NCBI GenBank assembly: GCA_963844815.1
Contig: CAWJPR010000001.1
Span: forward strand, 8,096-72,095
Length of the DNA: 64,000 nucleotides
Reading direction: 5' to 3'
DNA from: an uncultured Chloroflexia bacterium
Lineage (GTDB): Bacteria > Chloroflexota > Anaerolineae > Fen-1058
The translations under genes were made by a program, and so were the position numbers. The notes beneath the pieces are model-generated. The model had not been told where the DNA came from. It saw only the letters and a list, made by a program, of their open reading frames with translations, and did no database searches. Below are positions 1 to 12,297 of this stretch, piece after piece (position 1 is the stretch's first letter; the number at the start of each line of letters is the position of its first letter).

Positions 1-490
1 TGGTGGACGACGACACGGCGCGCTCGATGTCGGCCAGGCGCGGATAGAAGCCGCCGTCTTCCGGCGTAACGATGACGGGCACGCCGCGCACCATCTTGAC
101 CATTTCGGGATAGCTCACCCAGTATGGCGCGTTGATGATCACTTCGTCGTTGGGATCGAGCAGCGCGTAGAAGATGTTGAACAACGATTGCTTTGCGCCC
201 GACGAGACGATGATATTCTCCGGCGCCACCAGGCGATCGTAGTTGTCCTCGGTGTAGCGGACGATGGCTTTCTTCAGGGTGGGAAGGCCGTCGGTGGGGG
301 AGTATTTGATGTCGCCGCTATTCAACTTCGCCGCGGCGCTCAACAGGGCCGGAAACGGTGTCTTGTTCTTGGGCTCGCCGATACCCAGATGAATCACGGC
401 TTCGCCGCGCTCGCGCAGCAGCCGCGCTTCTTCGTTCATTTTAAGCGTCGGCGACTCGGCAATGGAGCGGGCCAACAGGCTGATGGTCAT
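1..490 (-). CDS. Fold-type I PLP aminotransferase (aspartate/aromatic aminotransferase-like), N-terminal ~163 aa; 3' end lies beyond window start
   Basis: Reverse-complement translation from ATG at 490 gives MTISLLARSIAESPTLKMNEEARLLRERGEAVIHLGIGEPKNKTPFP...NAPYWVSYPEMV, typical class I/II aminotransferase N-terminus. The + strand ORF 188..511 is antisense to it. Confidence 0.7.
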   Translation of the reverse strand, partial: MTISLLARSIAESPTLKMNEEARLLRERGEAVIHLGIGEPKNKTPFPALLSAAAKLNSGDIKYSPTDGLPTLKKAIVRYTEDNYDRLVAPENIIVSSGAKQSLFNIFYALLDPNDEVIINAPYWVSYPEMVKMVRGVPVIVTPEDGGFYPRLADIERAVSSST

Positions 491-850
491 AGTCCTTCTC
501 CTCAAGGGTGAGTGGTGGCGGGGTAACCAGCATTGCGCATAGACAATACGCTATGAACGCTCTGCTGCCAAACGCCCGGTCTGAAACACTATAACGCAAC
601 CATTTAGTCTCGTCAATCGATTGTTTGTCACCTGTGCCGCGTGTCATTCATAACTGGGCTAACTGGCTGCAAACTTTCAGCCGAATTGTGTGCACGCAAA
701 ATGTGTCAGCAAAGGCGGCTCCCACGCCGCCGTCACGCTTCGCGGGGCGTGGGAGCCCGAACCGCTAGTTGCCTGACACGCGAAGCGTCTGCGTGCACAC
801 GTCGAATTGGCAGGCCTGCTGCGCGGTTTCGATATGGTAGAATAGGTTGC

Positions 851-1406
851 ATGTGTCGCACGGGTTACGTTCCCTTCATCGGCAATTGGCGCAGCCGCCT
901 GCTGCAGGATGTGCACGGCCTGGTTCTTGAAGTGGGCGCGGGCAGCGGGCCAAATCTTGATCATTACCCGCGCGCTGCCCGTGTCATCGCGTCCGAGTTT
1001 AACGAAGAGTCCATCGCGCTTGCCCGGCCTCGATCGAACGCCCACATCCGCCTGGCTTCTGCCGATATCGAGCATCTGGCTTTTCCCGACAATACGTTCG
1101 ATGCCGGGGTGGCGACGCTGGTCTTTTGCAGTGTCGAGCGCCCGATCGCCGGCTTCCAGGAAGTCCGGCGGGTGCTCAAGCCCGGCGGACAGACTGCATC
1201 TCATCGAGCACGTGCGCAGCCACCATGCAGGGTTGGGCCGGCTGCAAGACCGGCTGAATCCGCGCTGGAGCGTCTGGGCCGAGGGCTGCAACCTCAATCG
1301 CGATACGGAAGCGAATGTGCGCCTGGCCGGTTTTGTTCTACAATCGGTGCGCGTGAATTATCTCGGCCTGATCAAGACCATGATCGCGCGCAAGCCGACC
1401 ATCTGA
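851..1406 (+). CDS. Class I SAM-dependent methyltransferase (LEVGAGSG motif) with apparent frameshift near 1195
   Basis: Two overlapping frames (641..1423 and 909..1406) together give VLEVGAGSGPNLDHYP...VLKPGG then LHLIEHVRSHHAGLGRL. Contiguous homology requires a frame change at about 1190-1200. Confidence 0.55.
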
Positions 1407-1415
1407 CCTGGACCA

Positions 1416-2750
<1,335 letters not shown>

Positions 2751-2859
2751 ACAGAGTGGCGGGTAGTGCAAGATACCAACTGAGTTTATCTTAAAGTAAA
2801 AATTCTATGCGAAATTTACGTCGCTAGAGGTAAAGATCGGCCCTGCTCCCTACCCGCAA

Positions 2860-4275
2860 ATGTCTAGTGCTTTTTTGTTCTTGCGCCCGCAAGCGAGCAG
2901 GGCGGATACCCACCATCATGGGCTCTTCCCTACTCAGGATTTGCGCAAGAGTTCATCTCGCAGTATAAATGGATCAGCTGGAGCAAATACGGCTATGACA
3001 ACGACACCTCTTCGTCCCGATCTGGCGCATCGCGCGATGCTAGGCCGTTGGCTGCGCGTGCAGGCCGAGGTGATTGCGCCGCCGTGGATGAACAGCGTGC
3101 TGGCGCGCCGCAGCTACCAGCCTGAGCAGGCGAACTCTTGCCTGACTGAAGCCGGTTTGCGCGCGCTGTACGACAGCCTCGCCAACGCTCTGGAGAGCGG
3201 GCGCTATGCGGCCCTGGACGCCGCGACCACGGCGATCACACGTGACGGCTTTCTGAGCGGCTACCCGCTGAATGACCTGCTGTTGATTCTCTCATCGTTG
3301 AAGTCTGAGGTATGGAAGGCGGTGACCGCCGCCTATCCGGCACGCGAGGCGCTGGGTTACCTGCGCTCGATCGAGACCGTCTTTCAGACCGGATTGTCGT
3401 ATCAGGCGCGCGTGTTCGCCGACCTCGTCCAGTACGACCTGGCGAGCGAGCTCGATCAGACCCGCAGCCAGCTGCGCCAGATCGATCAGACGAAGAGCCG
3501 TTTCATCAGCATCGCCGCGCACGAACTGAAGACGCCTTTGACCCTGATTCAGGGCTATACCGACATGCTCAACCGCGAGCTGGGCGCCCGCGCCAGCGAC
3601 CAGGCGCACATGGCGATTACGGGCCTGGTGTCCGGCGCGCGCCGCCTGTTGACCACCGTGAACGACATTATCGCCGTGGCGCAGATCGACGAGCAGTCGC
3701 TGCAGCTGAACTTTCAACTCATGTCGCTGCCGCACATTCTGCAGATTGTCCTGCACGACCTGCGCACCAACCTGGAAGAGCGCGTCTTGAATTTCAAGAT
3801 GAAGCCCATTCCACCGGAACTGGGATCGTTCTACGCGGATCCGCAGCGCGTGTATCAGATCTTCGAGTACGTGATCGGCAACGCGATCAAATACACGCCC
3901 GACGGCGGTTCGATCACCATCACGCTCGATCTGCTGGAGGCGCCGGCCGACGTGGAGCGCTTCGTCGAAGTGGGCATCGCCGACACCGGCATTGGCATCG
4001 CGCCCGAGGATATCCCGCGCATTTTCGATAAGTTCTATAGCAAAACGGACATCTCGCACCATTCCAGCGGGCGCACCAAATTCAAAGGCGGCGGCTCGGG
4101 CCTGGGCCTGTCGGTCGTGAAGGGCGTCGTGGAAGCGCACGGCGGAAAAATCGTCGTGGAAAGCCCGGGCTACGATGAAGAAGGCTGTCCCGGCACACGG
4201 GTGCGCATTTTCCTGCCCGTGCGCAACGATCTGCCAGCGCCGGACGGGCGCGATCGTCTGGGACTGGCGACCTGA
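2860..4275 (+). CDS. Sensor histidine kinase (HisKA + HATPase_c)
   Basis: H-box ISIAAHELKTPLTLIQGYTDML. N/G1/G2 boxes (IGNAIKYTPDGG, DTGIGI, GGSGLGLSVV). The true start may be an internal Met near 2995. Confidence 0.8.
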   Translation: MSSAFLFLRPQASRADTHHHGLFPTQDLRKSSSRSINGSAGANTAMTTTPLRPDLAHRAMLGRWLRVQAEVIAPPWMNSVLARRSYQPEQANSCLTEAGLRALYDSLANALESGRYAALDAATTAITRDGFLSGYPLNDLLLILSSLKSEVWKAVTAAYPAREALGYLRSIETVFQTGLSYQARVFADLVQYDLASELDQTRSQLRQIDQTKSRFISIAAHELKTPLTLIQGYTDMLNRELGARASDQAHMAITGLVSGARRLLTTVNDIIAVAQIDEQSLQLNFQLMSLPHILQIVLHDLRTNLEERVLNFKMKPIPPELGSFYADPQRVYQIFEYVIGNAIKYTPDGGSITITLDLLEAPADVERFVEVGIADTGIGIAPEDIPRIFDKFYSKTDISHHSSGRTKFKGGGSGLGLSVVKGVVEAHGGKIVVESPGYDEEGCPGTRVRIFLPVRNDLPAPDGRDRLGLAT

Positions 4276-4373
4276 TGCACCAGCAGGGACGGCTCCCATG
4301 CCGTCCCTGACCGGGCATATCCACTCGCTTTGCTCGGGAGGCTGCGCTCGGAGCCCGGTCTGCTGATGCCAAA

Positions 4374-4637
4374 TTGAAAAATTCACACGGAGGCATAAAC
4401 ATGATCGCGTTATATGACGTCGCATCCGGCGCCAAGGTTGGCCGCATCACCGAGCAGCAGCTGGAAGCGCTGATGGGTTGGATGGAAGAAGAGAGCACGG
4501 AAGATCGCGACTACTACCTGACGGCGGAGGATTGCGATCTGATGGTCGAGCAGGGCATCGATCCGACGTTGATCGACGTGCTGCGCGAGGCGCTGAAGGG
4601 CCGCGACGATATGGATCTGCGTTACGCGCAGGACTGA
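4374..4637 (+). CDS. Hypothetical small acidic protein
   Basis: 87-aa ORF with a plausible RBS (cacggaggcataaacATG). No recognisable domain. Confidence 0.35.
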   Translation: MKNSHGGINMIALYDVASGAKVGRITEQQLEALMGWMEEESTEDRDYYLTAEDCDLMVEQGIDPTLIDVLREALKGRDDMDLRYAQD

Positions 4638-4650
4638 AACTGGCCGCGCC

Positions 4651-6241
4651 ATGACACCACTGTCCTCTCACATCGTCGAGGTCGTCGTGTTTCCCGATCG
4701 GGCCCGTGTGACCCGGCGCGGCGCGATCGCGCTGGAGGCCGGGCTGCACCACATCGAGATTACGGATCTGCCGCTGGCGGTTCAGGCCGATTCGCTGCGC
4801 GCGGCCGGCCGCGGCAGCGCTGCCGCCGTGCTGCTGGGGGTGGAAGCGCGCCAAACCTTCTACAGCGAAACGCCGACCGGCACGATCCGCGAGCTGGAAC
4901 GACAGATCGAGCTGCTGCAGCGGCAAGATCGAACCCTGCTCGATCAACAGGCCGCGGCGGAAGTCCGCCTGGGATTTGCCAGGAACCTGGCGGACAAAGC
5001 GGCCGAGCAGACTGGCGCGCGGGCTGGCCTTCGGCCGCGCCGACATCTCGCAGAGCGGCACGCTGATCGATTTCGTGCAGCAGCAGATCGATCAGGCGCA
5101 GGCCGCGCTGCGCGAGGCGCAGCAGCAGCGGAGCGAGCTGAGCAAGCAGATCGAGAAGTTGAACAACGAACTGAACCAGCGCCGCGCCGAACGGCCGCGC
5201 GAGCGCCTGACCGCCGCGGTCGAGATCGAAGTGAAACAGGCCGGCGAGCTCACGCTGGATTTGACGTACGTGATCGGCCAGGCGGGGTGGAAGGCCCTGT
5301 ACGATATGCGCCTGTCTGAAGTGAACGCGGCGCGTTTGCTGCTGACGTATCTGGGGCAGGTCACTCAGCGCACGGGCGAGGACTGGACCGACGTCGCGCT
5401 GACGCTCTCGACGGCGCGGCCGTCGCTGACGACGGTGCAGCCTGAATTGTCGCCCTGGTATCTCGACGTCTTTGCGCCGCTGCCGCCCCCGCAGCCCAGA
5501 GCGGCTGCGCCGGCGCCCATGCTGCATGCCAAAGCCGCACTCAGTGCAGCGGCTGCCGAGGGCGTTTCATTCGACGCCGCCCCGCAGCTGGAAATGGCGT
5601 TTCAAGAAGCGCAAGCGTCCACGGAAGGCGCCTCCGTCACCTTTCAACTGGCGCAGAAGGTCAGCGTGCCGGGCGATGGCTCGCCGCATAAAGTCACCGT
5701 GACCACGCTCGATCTGACGCCCAGGTTCGACTATCTCAGCGTGCCCAAAGTGGCCGAGGCGGTTTACCGGCGCGCGAAGTTGACGAATCAGAGCGACTTT
5801 CTGCTGCTGGACGGCCCGGCGAGCCTGTTTGTCGAGGGCGACTTCGTGGGCACACTGCCGCTCAAGCGCATCGCGCCGCGCGAAGAATTCGAGCTGACCC
5901 TGGGCGTGGACGATCGGGTGACGGTGAAGCGCGAATTGAAGGCGCGCGATGTGGACAAGAAGATCATCGGCGATCGCCGCCGCCTGCGCGCCGCGTACGA
6001 AATCGAAGTGAAGAATTGGCGGCCGGCTCCGCTGGAAGTGGAAGTGCGCGATCAAATCCCGGTCGCGCGCCACGAGCAGATCAAGGTCAGGCTGGAGGCG
6101 TGCGATCCCAAACCGATCGAGCAAACCGACCTGGGCGAGTTGAAGTGGCGGCTGAGAATCGAGCCCAATGCCAAACAGACGAGCCGCTTTGAATTTTCGA
6201 TCGAGCATCCGGTCAATTTGACGGTCACCGGACTACCCTAA
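4651..6241 (+). CDS. DUF4140/DUF4139-family protein (mucoidy-inhibitor MuiA-like), apparent frameshift near 5000
   Basis: ORFs 4651..5319 and 4976..6241 overlap in different frames. Together they match the DUF4140 N-domain plus a coiled coil plus the DUF4139 C-domain (TVTTLDLTPRFDYLSVPK...). Confidence 0.55.
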
Positions 6242-6374
6242 GAGTAGCAGACCGGGCTCCCACGCCCGTGGGCCTTCGGACAAGAACTAGTCGAGTGAGG
6301 TTACTATTACCAAACACCGTGAAGCCATACCCACTGCAGCGCCCCGCCTGCGCGCGTTTCTGATTGGCGTCGAC

Positions 6375-7652
6375 GTGCGCGACGCGAACCATTTGCTGGC
6401 CGTGGACGATTCGCTCGAAGAACTGCGCGCCCTGGCCGACACGGCCGGGCTGGAGGTCGTGGGCGAGATGACGCAGAAGCTGGAGCGGATCGAGCCGGCG
6501 ACCTTTATCGGGAAGGGCAAAGTCGAGGAGCTGAAGACGTGGCAGTCCGAGCTGGGCTTTGAAGTGGCCCTGTTTGACGACGAGCTGTCGCCGCGCCATC
6601 AGCGCAATCTGGAGCAGGAACTGGGCGAGAAGGCGCGCGTGCTCGATCGGACGGCGCTGATCCTCGACATCTTCGCGCAGCACGCGCACACGCGCGAAGG
6701 CGCGCTGCAGGTCGAGCTGGCGCAGTACGAATACCGGCTGCCGCGCCTGACGCGCGGTTGGACGCACCTGGTGCGGCAGACCGGCGGCGGGGCGGGGCGA
6801 TCGGGCACGGCCGGCGTGGGCCTGCGCGGCCCCGGCGAGACGCAGCTGGAAGTCGATCGCCGCCAGATCCGGGCGCGCATTACGCTCCTGAAAGAGCAGC
6901 TGGAGGACGTGCGGCAGCACCGGCAGCAGCACCGCGCGCAGCGGCGGCGCGCCCAGGTTCCGGTGGTTTCGATCGTCGGCTACACGAATGCCGGCAAGTC
7001 GTCCCTGCTGAATGCGCTGGTGGACGCGGCGGGGGCGAAACAGACGCTGCCCGTGCTGACCGAAGACAAGCTATTCGCAACGCTCGATCCCACGACGCGG
7101 CGGGTGCGCTTGCCGGCCGGCAAGACCGCGCTGTTTACCGATACGGTGGGTTTCATCCAGAAACTGCCAACGCAGCTGGTGGCGGCCTTCCGCGCGACGC
7201 TCGAAGAGATTGAAGAGGCCGATCTGCTGCTGCACGTGGTCGATATCACGCATCCCAATGCCGTGGAGCAGGCCAAGGCCGTCGAGCAGACGTTGAACGA
7301 CCTGGAGATCAGCGACATCCCGATCGTGGTGGCGCTGAACAAGATCGATCGGCTGGAGCCGGAGCAGCGCGAGGCCCTGCTGGCCGGGCCCTTCCCGCAC
7401 AGCGTGCCGATCTCGGCGCTGCAGCAGATCAACCTCGAGCCGCTGCTGGCGCGCATCGAGCACGAACTGTACGAAAGCCTGCTGCCCGTGCAGGTGCGCC
7501 TGCCCTATCGCCGATCGGACCTGGCCGCGCTGTTTCACGATCACGGCCGCGTCGACGCGGAGCGCTTTGTCGAGAACGCCGTCGTGATTGAGGGCCGGCT
7601 GCCGGCGCGTTACCTGGCTGTCTTCCGGCCTTACCTGGTCAAGGTGGATTAG
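6375..7652 (+). CDS. hflX: GTPase HflX
   Basis: HflX N-domain, then G-domain with G1 VSIVGYTNAGKSSLLNAL, DTVGF, NKID. 425 aa. Confidence 0.85.
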   Translation: MRDANHLLAVDDSLEELRALADTAGLEVVGEMTQKLERIEPATFIGKGKVEELKTWQSELGFEVALFDDELSPRHQRNLEQELGEKARVLDRTALILDIFAQHAHTREGALQVELAQYEYRLPRLTRGWTHLVRQTGGGAGRSGTAGVGLRGPGETQLEVDRRQIRARITLLKEQLEDVRQHRQQHRAQRRRAQVPVVSIVGYTNAGKSSLLNALVDAAGAKQTLPVLTEDKLFATLDPTTRRVRLPAGKTALFTDTVGFIQKLPTQLVAAFRATLEEIEEADLLLHVVDITHPNAVEQAKAVEQTLNDLEISDIPIVVALNKIDRLEPEQREALLAGPFPHSVPISALQQINLEPLLARIEHELYESLLPVQVRLPYRRSDLAALFHDHGRVDAERFVENAVVIEGRLPARYLAVFRPYLVKVD

Positions 7653-7663
7653 GACACCTGCCG

Positions 7664-7700
7664 CCAGACCATGGAACAGGCATAGGGATGCCTGTTCACC
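7664..7700 (+). terminator. Stem-loop (9-bp stem GAACAGGCA/TGCCTGTTC) followed by a T-rich run, downstream of hflX
   Basis: Hairpin visible in sequence, followed by ACCAAGTTTTGAT. Confidence 0.45.
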
Positions 7701-7732
7701 AAGTTTTGATATGAACTCCAGGAGCATGGCGC

Positions 7733-7963
7733 ATGGACAAGTTGGACGCGTGGTTATCCAGGCTGCTCGACCGGATCTCGGACTACGTGTCCACGCATCG
7801 CGGCGTGCCGGTATTGATGGGCGTGCTGCTGGTCGTGTTGAACTACCTGCTGGTGATCATTCCGGGCGTGCAGCTGGGCTTTGTCGAGACGACGAACTTG
7901 TGCCTGCATCTGGGGGTCATCGTCGGATTGCTGGGGGTGCTGCTGGGCGATGCCTTGAGTTGA
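7733..7963 (+). CDS. Hypothetical small membrane protein (2 TM helices)
   Basis: 76-aa hydrophobic ORF. Confidence 0.3.
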   Translation: MDKLDAWLSRLLDRISDYVSTHRGVPVLMGVLLVVLNYLLVIIPGVQLGFVETTNLCLHLGVIVGLLGVLLGDALS

Positions 7964-7973
7964 TCTTCTTGCT

Positions 7974-9218
7974 TCAGTCTCTACGCATAATCATATGGTG
8001 AATATAGACTGGGCCGCGCTCGGCTTTTAATCCAAGCACAATCGCGTTGCCCAAATCGGAATCCAGCGCGGCCTGACATTCGGGCGCGATGGATTCCTTG
8101 CCTGCGATGATCTGATTGAGTTGGGCAGCGGTATAGATGTGGATGCTTTGCGTAATGGGTGTGTAGAATGACACTTGCGTTTGATTGGTGTCGAAGCGGA
8201 AATACTTCGTCGCCAGCGTGCCGCTGAAGAAATAGGCGCCGGTTATGACCGGCGAGACTTGAATGCGTCCCATGAAGGCTGGCGTGTTTTCGATGTGATA
8301 ATCATACGGACCACTGCTGTAGATGAAACCACAGATGGGCAAGGCTTCACCGCCTGTGCCACGAGGCGGATATTCGACGTTAACCGGGCTGGCGGAAGTA
8401 GCGACGTTAAAACGATAGACTTGCGGGGTGAGAATCTTGTCCGGATAGGGGAGCAAAGCCACTTGAACGCCGCCAGCTCCGGTCGTGGTGAAATAATGCG
8501 TTTGTCCGGGGCGCAGTGTGCCGTAGAATCGGACATTTCCGCCGGTCGTCGCGGCTGACACGAACGCGTCAACGGCATGAATGTCGATACTGCCTTCTGC
8601 AGCGCGCGTCGTGATGTCCCGACCGGGCATGATGTCGGCGATGATCGATCCCCGTTGAGTCGAGAGATTCACATTGCCGTCCGCGCCGCGCACTTCGATA
8701 TTGCCGCTATTCGAGATCACGGCCGTCACATTTCCTACATTCCCGTAGACTTCAATATTGCCACCAGCAGGCGTGCCAATGTAGTGCAGATCGGTGCCAA
8801 GTGGCACCGCTACATGAAGCAGCGCGCTCAATTGCAGAGCCGGAGCCTTTTCGTCAGCCTCCGGCAGAAGCAGCACTTCTACGTTATTGGCCGCGTCGTT
8901 CGTCACGGTAATGCGGCGACCGGCTCCAATTCGCACGATTTCCAGAAGGTTGCCCGATGCTGTTGCTATGCCGTCTGCGTCAACTTCACCGCTGCGACCG
9001 GTAACGACGATAATGCCCCCGCCGCCGAGGTTATTGATCACATGTTGCAATGTCAATTTATCGGAGACCCCTGTGCGGGGATGAGTCAAGTAGACGTCTG
9101 CCGACGCAGAAGCAGCGCTGGAATTCCGGGAGTCGCAGCCGGTCGACACGAACACCAGGCTGCACCACAGGCCAATCACCACCAGCCAAACTGGGGACAT
9201 TCGATTCACTCCGCGCAA
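7974..9218 (-). CDS. Lipoprotein with DUF4097 (putative adhesin / YvlB-LiaG-like beta-helix) repeats
   Basis: Signal peptide plus lipobox (VSTGC). Repeated GNIEV/GNVN-type segments. Locally lower GC (~50%). Confidence 0.6.
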   Translation of the reverse strand: MRGVNRMSPVWLVVIGLWCSLVFVSTGCDSRNSSAASASADVYLTHPRTGVSDKLTLQHVINNLGGGGIIVVTGRSGEVDADGIATASGNLLEIVRIGAGRRITVTNDAANNVEVLLLPEADEKAPALQLSALLHVAVPLGTDLHYIGTPAGGNIEVYGNVGNVTAVISNSGNIEVRGADGNVNLSTQRGSIIADIMPGRDITTRAAEGSIDIHAVDAFVSAATTGGNVRFYGTLRPGQTHYFTTTGAGGVQVALLPYPDKILTPQVYRFNVATSASPVNVEYPPRGTGGEALPICGFIYSSGPYDYHIENTPAFMGRIQVSPVITGAYFFSGTLATKYFRFDTNQTQVSFYTPITQSIHIYTAAQLNQIIAGKESIAPECQAALDSDLGNAIVLGLKAERGPVYIHHMIMRRD

Positions 9219-9575
9219 CCGTTGCGGGATTGAAGAACAGTATGCACGAATTGCTTGTTCTTGTCTATCGGCAAACTTACTTAGTTCACCGGATATTCGT
9301 CACTCTTTGCAGACCCCTCCACGGTTAAAGCGCTCTATAGAATCAACGACTTCACCGGCTATTTTTCATGCCTCTGGTTAGAATCCAGTATCAAATATGG
9401 TAAATTTCCATGCCGATTATTTTGCATGAGGAACATAAAAATATATTTGGTTATAAACCAGTAAAAAATGTTGCAAATTTACACGCCGATTCTTCCGGAG
9501 AGGAACATAAAAAGGAAAAGGAGTGCCCTCAAAGTTAGAGCACTCCAACTGAAATCAAACTGAAACGAGCAGAAG

Positions 9576-10472
9576 TCAACGTCCCTGGCGAATCTCAATC
9601 GGGCCGTTGCTGGTATGCAGTTCCAGCGTCGTGCCCGGATCATTGCCCACCGTGCCGCTCAGGCGGTCGTCCGAGAAGTCTTGCGCGGTCACCGCGAAGT
9701 CGCTGCTGATTTTGGAGTTGCTCGTGTCGGCGTTGACGACGAACTGCGCGCCGGCGGGCAGGGTGACGACGAGGCTGCCATTGCTCGTGCGCATTTCACT
9801 GCGCCCGGGCGCCAGCGATCCGCTGAAGCGGAACGGGCCGTTGCTGGTGCGGCCCACGACCACGGCATCCTCGGCCGTCACGTCGATCGGGCCGTTGCTC
9901 GTTTCGACGTCAATCGTCCCGCTGCCGCCGTCGACCGTAATCGGGCCGTTGCTGGTCTGCAGATCGATCTGGCCGAGCGCGCCGCGCGCCGCAATCGGGC
10001 CGTTGGAGGTCTGCGCCTTCACATCGCTCACCGGGCCGGACGTGGTGATCGGGCCGTTGCTGGAGCGCAGATCGAGGATCGCGCCGGCGGGCACGCGCAG
10101 TTTGGCCGACGCGCCGGTGTTGCCGATGTTGACGGCCTGGTCGGTGCGCCGGGCCACGACGCGGATCGTGTCGCCGTCCTGCGTCAGGGTGACTTCGACA
10201 TTCTTCAGGTCGTCTTTGGCGGCCTGCTGCGACATGCCGCCGCCGCGCTTGATCACGTCGACCTTGACGGTGTTGTCGCTGCCGGTCACGACGTCGACGC
10301 TGCCGTTGAACATCTCGACGACGAGGCGGGGCGCCGCGCCGGGCGTGAACGACTGGGTCACGGTTTCTTCGGCGGTAAAGGGGTTGAGGCTGATGTTGGC
10401 GCCGCAGGCGGCCAGCATCAATACGGCGATGGTCAATACGGTGAGGCGCAATAGCGTTATCTTGCGAAACAT
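9576..10472 (-). CDS. Lipoprotein with DUF4097 repeats (TSNGPI repeats), paralogue of the neighbouring gene
   Basis: Signal peptide plus lipobox (LAACG). At least 9 copies of TSNGPI[T/D]. RBS present. Confidence 0.65.
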   Translation of the reverse strand: MFRKITLLRLTVLTIAVLMLAACGANISLNPFTAEETVTQSFTPGAAPRLVVEMFNGSVDVVTGSDNTVKVDVIKRGGGMSQQAAKDDLKNVEVTLTQDGDTIRVVARRTDQAVNIGNTGASAKLRVPAGAILDLRSSNGPITTSGPVSDVKAQTSNGPIAARGALGQIDLQTSNGPITVDGGSGTIDVETSNGPIDVTAEDAVVVGRTSNGPFRFSGSLAPGRSEMRTSNGSLVVTLPAGAQFVVNADTSNSKISSDFAVTAQDFSDDRLSGTVGNDPGTTLELHTSNGPIEIRQGR

Positions 10473-10583
10473 GATGGATTCTCCTTAGAGCGTGATGCGT
10501 ACGCAACCCGTAGTGGGAAGCGGCATGATAAGAATACAGCTTTTGCGGCAGATGTGCCTATCAATCGGCTAACGGGAAGCAGG

Positions 10584-10700
10584 CAGTCAGTCGTCAGTCG
10601 TCAGGAATCAGTAGACAGAAGCCAGAAGGCAGAAGTCGGAGACAGAAGGCAGAAGTCAGGAGGCAGAAGATAGCATTCAGCGGTCAGCGGTCAGATCGTT
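10584..10700. repeat. Heptanucleotide-periodic tandem array (~17 units, consensus CAGNAGN)
   Basis: cagtcgt cagtcgt caggaat cagtaga cagaagc cagaagg cagaagt ... agcggtc agcggtc. Lies in the 5' region of the DUF4097 lipoprotein gene. Confidence 0.7.
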
Positions 10701-11034
10701 ATACCGCACTGCCGCACAGGGGGCCTATGGGCACGCACGAAGTCCCCGCAGTACCACTGACGCAAAGTGTCGGGCATGGGCAAGCGCAGTGGGAATGGGT
10801 GCAATTGTAGTACACTGGGGGCAAAATAGCACTTTTCTGACTCACGGTCGGCGTCAGCCAGTGGGCCTCGACATCGGCGGCGTCGCGCCCGTGCGCGTGC
10901 CGGTGGAGTTGTTGGTGGTGGAGGTGGAGCGGGTGTTCTTGCCGATGATTCGGCGGTAAATCGCGCGGCGCTGTTGCCGTACTGGCAACAGGTCACCTCT
11001 ATGCTGTGGTCATCTTTTACAGCAGAGGTGACCC

Positions 11035-11241
11035 ATGTTTGGCAAGAAGGATGAAAAGCAGAATCGGCTGGAGCGCATGGTGGAGATCATTGCGAAAGCG
11101 CCTGGCGGCATTACCCAGGCAGCCTTGGCCCGCCTGTTGGGCGTGACGCGCTCGACAGTGAACAAGGATTTGGGGGCGCTGGAGAAACGCGGCGTGCGTT
11201 TGTCAGAGGATCATCGAGGACGGTTGCACCGCTCGGATTGA
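11035..11241 (+). CDS. Small HTH DNA-binding protein (resembles the N-terminal HTH of WYL/DeoR-type regulators)
   Basis: 68 aa; ...ITQAALARLLGVTRSTVNKDLGALEKRGV.... The start codon sits inside a 15-bp-stem hairpin (10991..11033). Confidence 0.5.
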   Translation: MFGKKDEKQNRLERMVEIIAKAPGGITQAALARLLGVTRSTVNKDLGALEKRGVRLSEDHRGRLHRSD

Positions 11242-11334
11242 GCAGGCCCGGGAGTATTCGGCAACGGGGGAACATAAAGTGTTTCCATTATTCACTACAT
11301 GTTGTGCTATGCTGTTGTCGTAAAGGAGCGAACG

Positions 11335-12297
11335 ATGAGCAAAGGCTTGAGCCGCGCCGAGCGACTGCGCGAGATGGAACGGCTATATCTTGAGCATGGA
11401 TGGACCGACATTGAGATGGCTGAGCGGTTAGGCGTAGACCGCACGACGGTTTACAAGGATCGCGATCTGCTCTCCAGCGAGTGTCCAATTGAGCCTGACG
11501 ATGACGGGCGCTACAAAATCAACCGGACACGTTACCTGTCCCACATCCGGGTCAACGCCTACGAAGCACTGGCGCTGTATTTGCCCGCGCGGCGCGCGGC
11601 GCGACAGACGTTGGTGGCGCAGCCCCATATCGCCAAGGGGCTGGAGAAGTTAGCCGTTGCGCTCAAGCGGCCCATGACTGAGCGCCTAGTGAAAGCGGCG
11701 AACATCATCCTGGCACAGGCGGCTCTGCCTGAACGAGTGGCAATTATGGAAACGGTGACACGCGGCTGGATCGAACAGCGCAAGATTCGCCTCGCTTACC
11801 GAGGCTTGCGCGCGAGGCAGACCGGCCACCACATCGTCAAACCTTATCTGATCGAGCCGTCACTCTGGAGTGATGGATCATACGTGATCGGCCACAGCGA
11901 TTATTTTGACGACATCGCAGTGTTCAAGATCGAGCGGATTGAATCTGCCGAACTGAAACTTGAGACGTTTGAGATTCCAGAGGATTTCGACGAGCAGCGT
12001 ATGCTGCGCTACGCGTGGGGCATCTGGTCGAGCGAAGAAGAACCGGTCACCGTGCGGCTTAAGTTCAGCGGGCATGAAGCCATCACGCGCATGAAGGAAA
12101 CCATCTGGCATCCGCTCCAGGCCAAGCCTCTGGACCAGCCCGACGGCGACTGCCTCTGGGAAGCGCCCATCGCCGAATGGCAGGAGATGCTGCCGTGGGT
12201 GAGAGGGTGGGGGGCCGATGTGGAGGTGATCGCACCGGAGGAGTTGAGAGAGAAGTTGATGCGCGAAGCGCAGAAGATGGCGGAGCTGTATCAGGTG
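11335..12297 (+). CDS. HTH-WYL-domain transcriptional regulator (CRISPR-associated WYL type); the reading frame continues without a stop into cas3
   Basis: RBS aaggag; N-terminal HTH (EMAERLGVDRTTVYKDRDLL). WYL core (EPSLWSDGSYVIGHSDYFDDIAVFKIERI). Characteristic C-terminal VEVIAPEELREKLMREAQKMAELYQ. Host-like GC (~58-60%). Confidence 0.7.

Noticed and set aside
3292-4425. 377-aa minus-strand ORF and the 239-aa + ORF (3312..4031) inside the histidine kinase
   Set aside because: Alternative-frame or antisense ORFs with low-complexity Arg/Ala/Gly composition. The kinase frame carries all conserved boxes.
9607-10506. Three overlapping ORFs (+293 aa, +279 aa, -198 aa) over the DUF4097 lipoprotein gene
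   Set aside because: Antisense or off-frame translations of the TSNGPI-repeat gene. No domain support.
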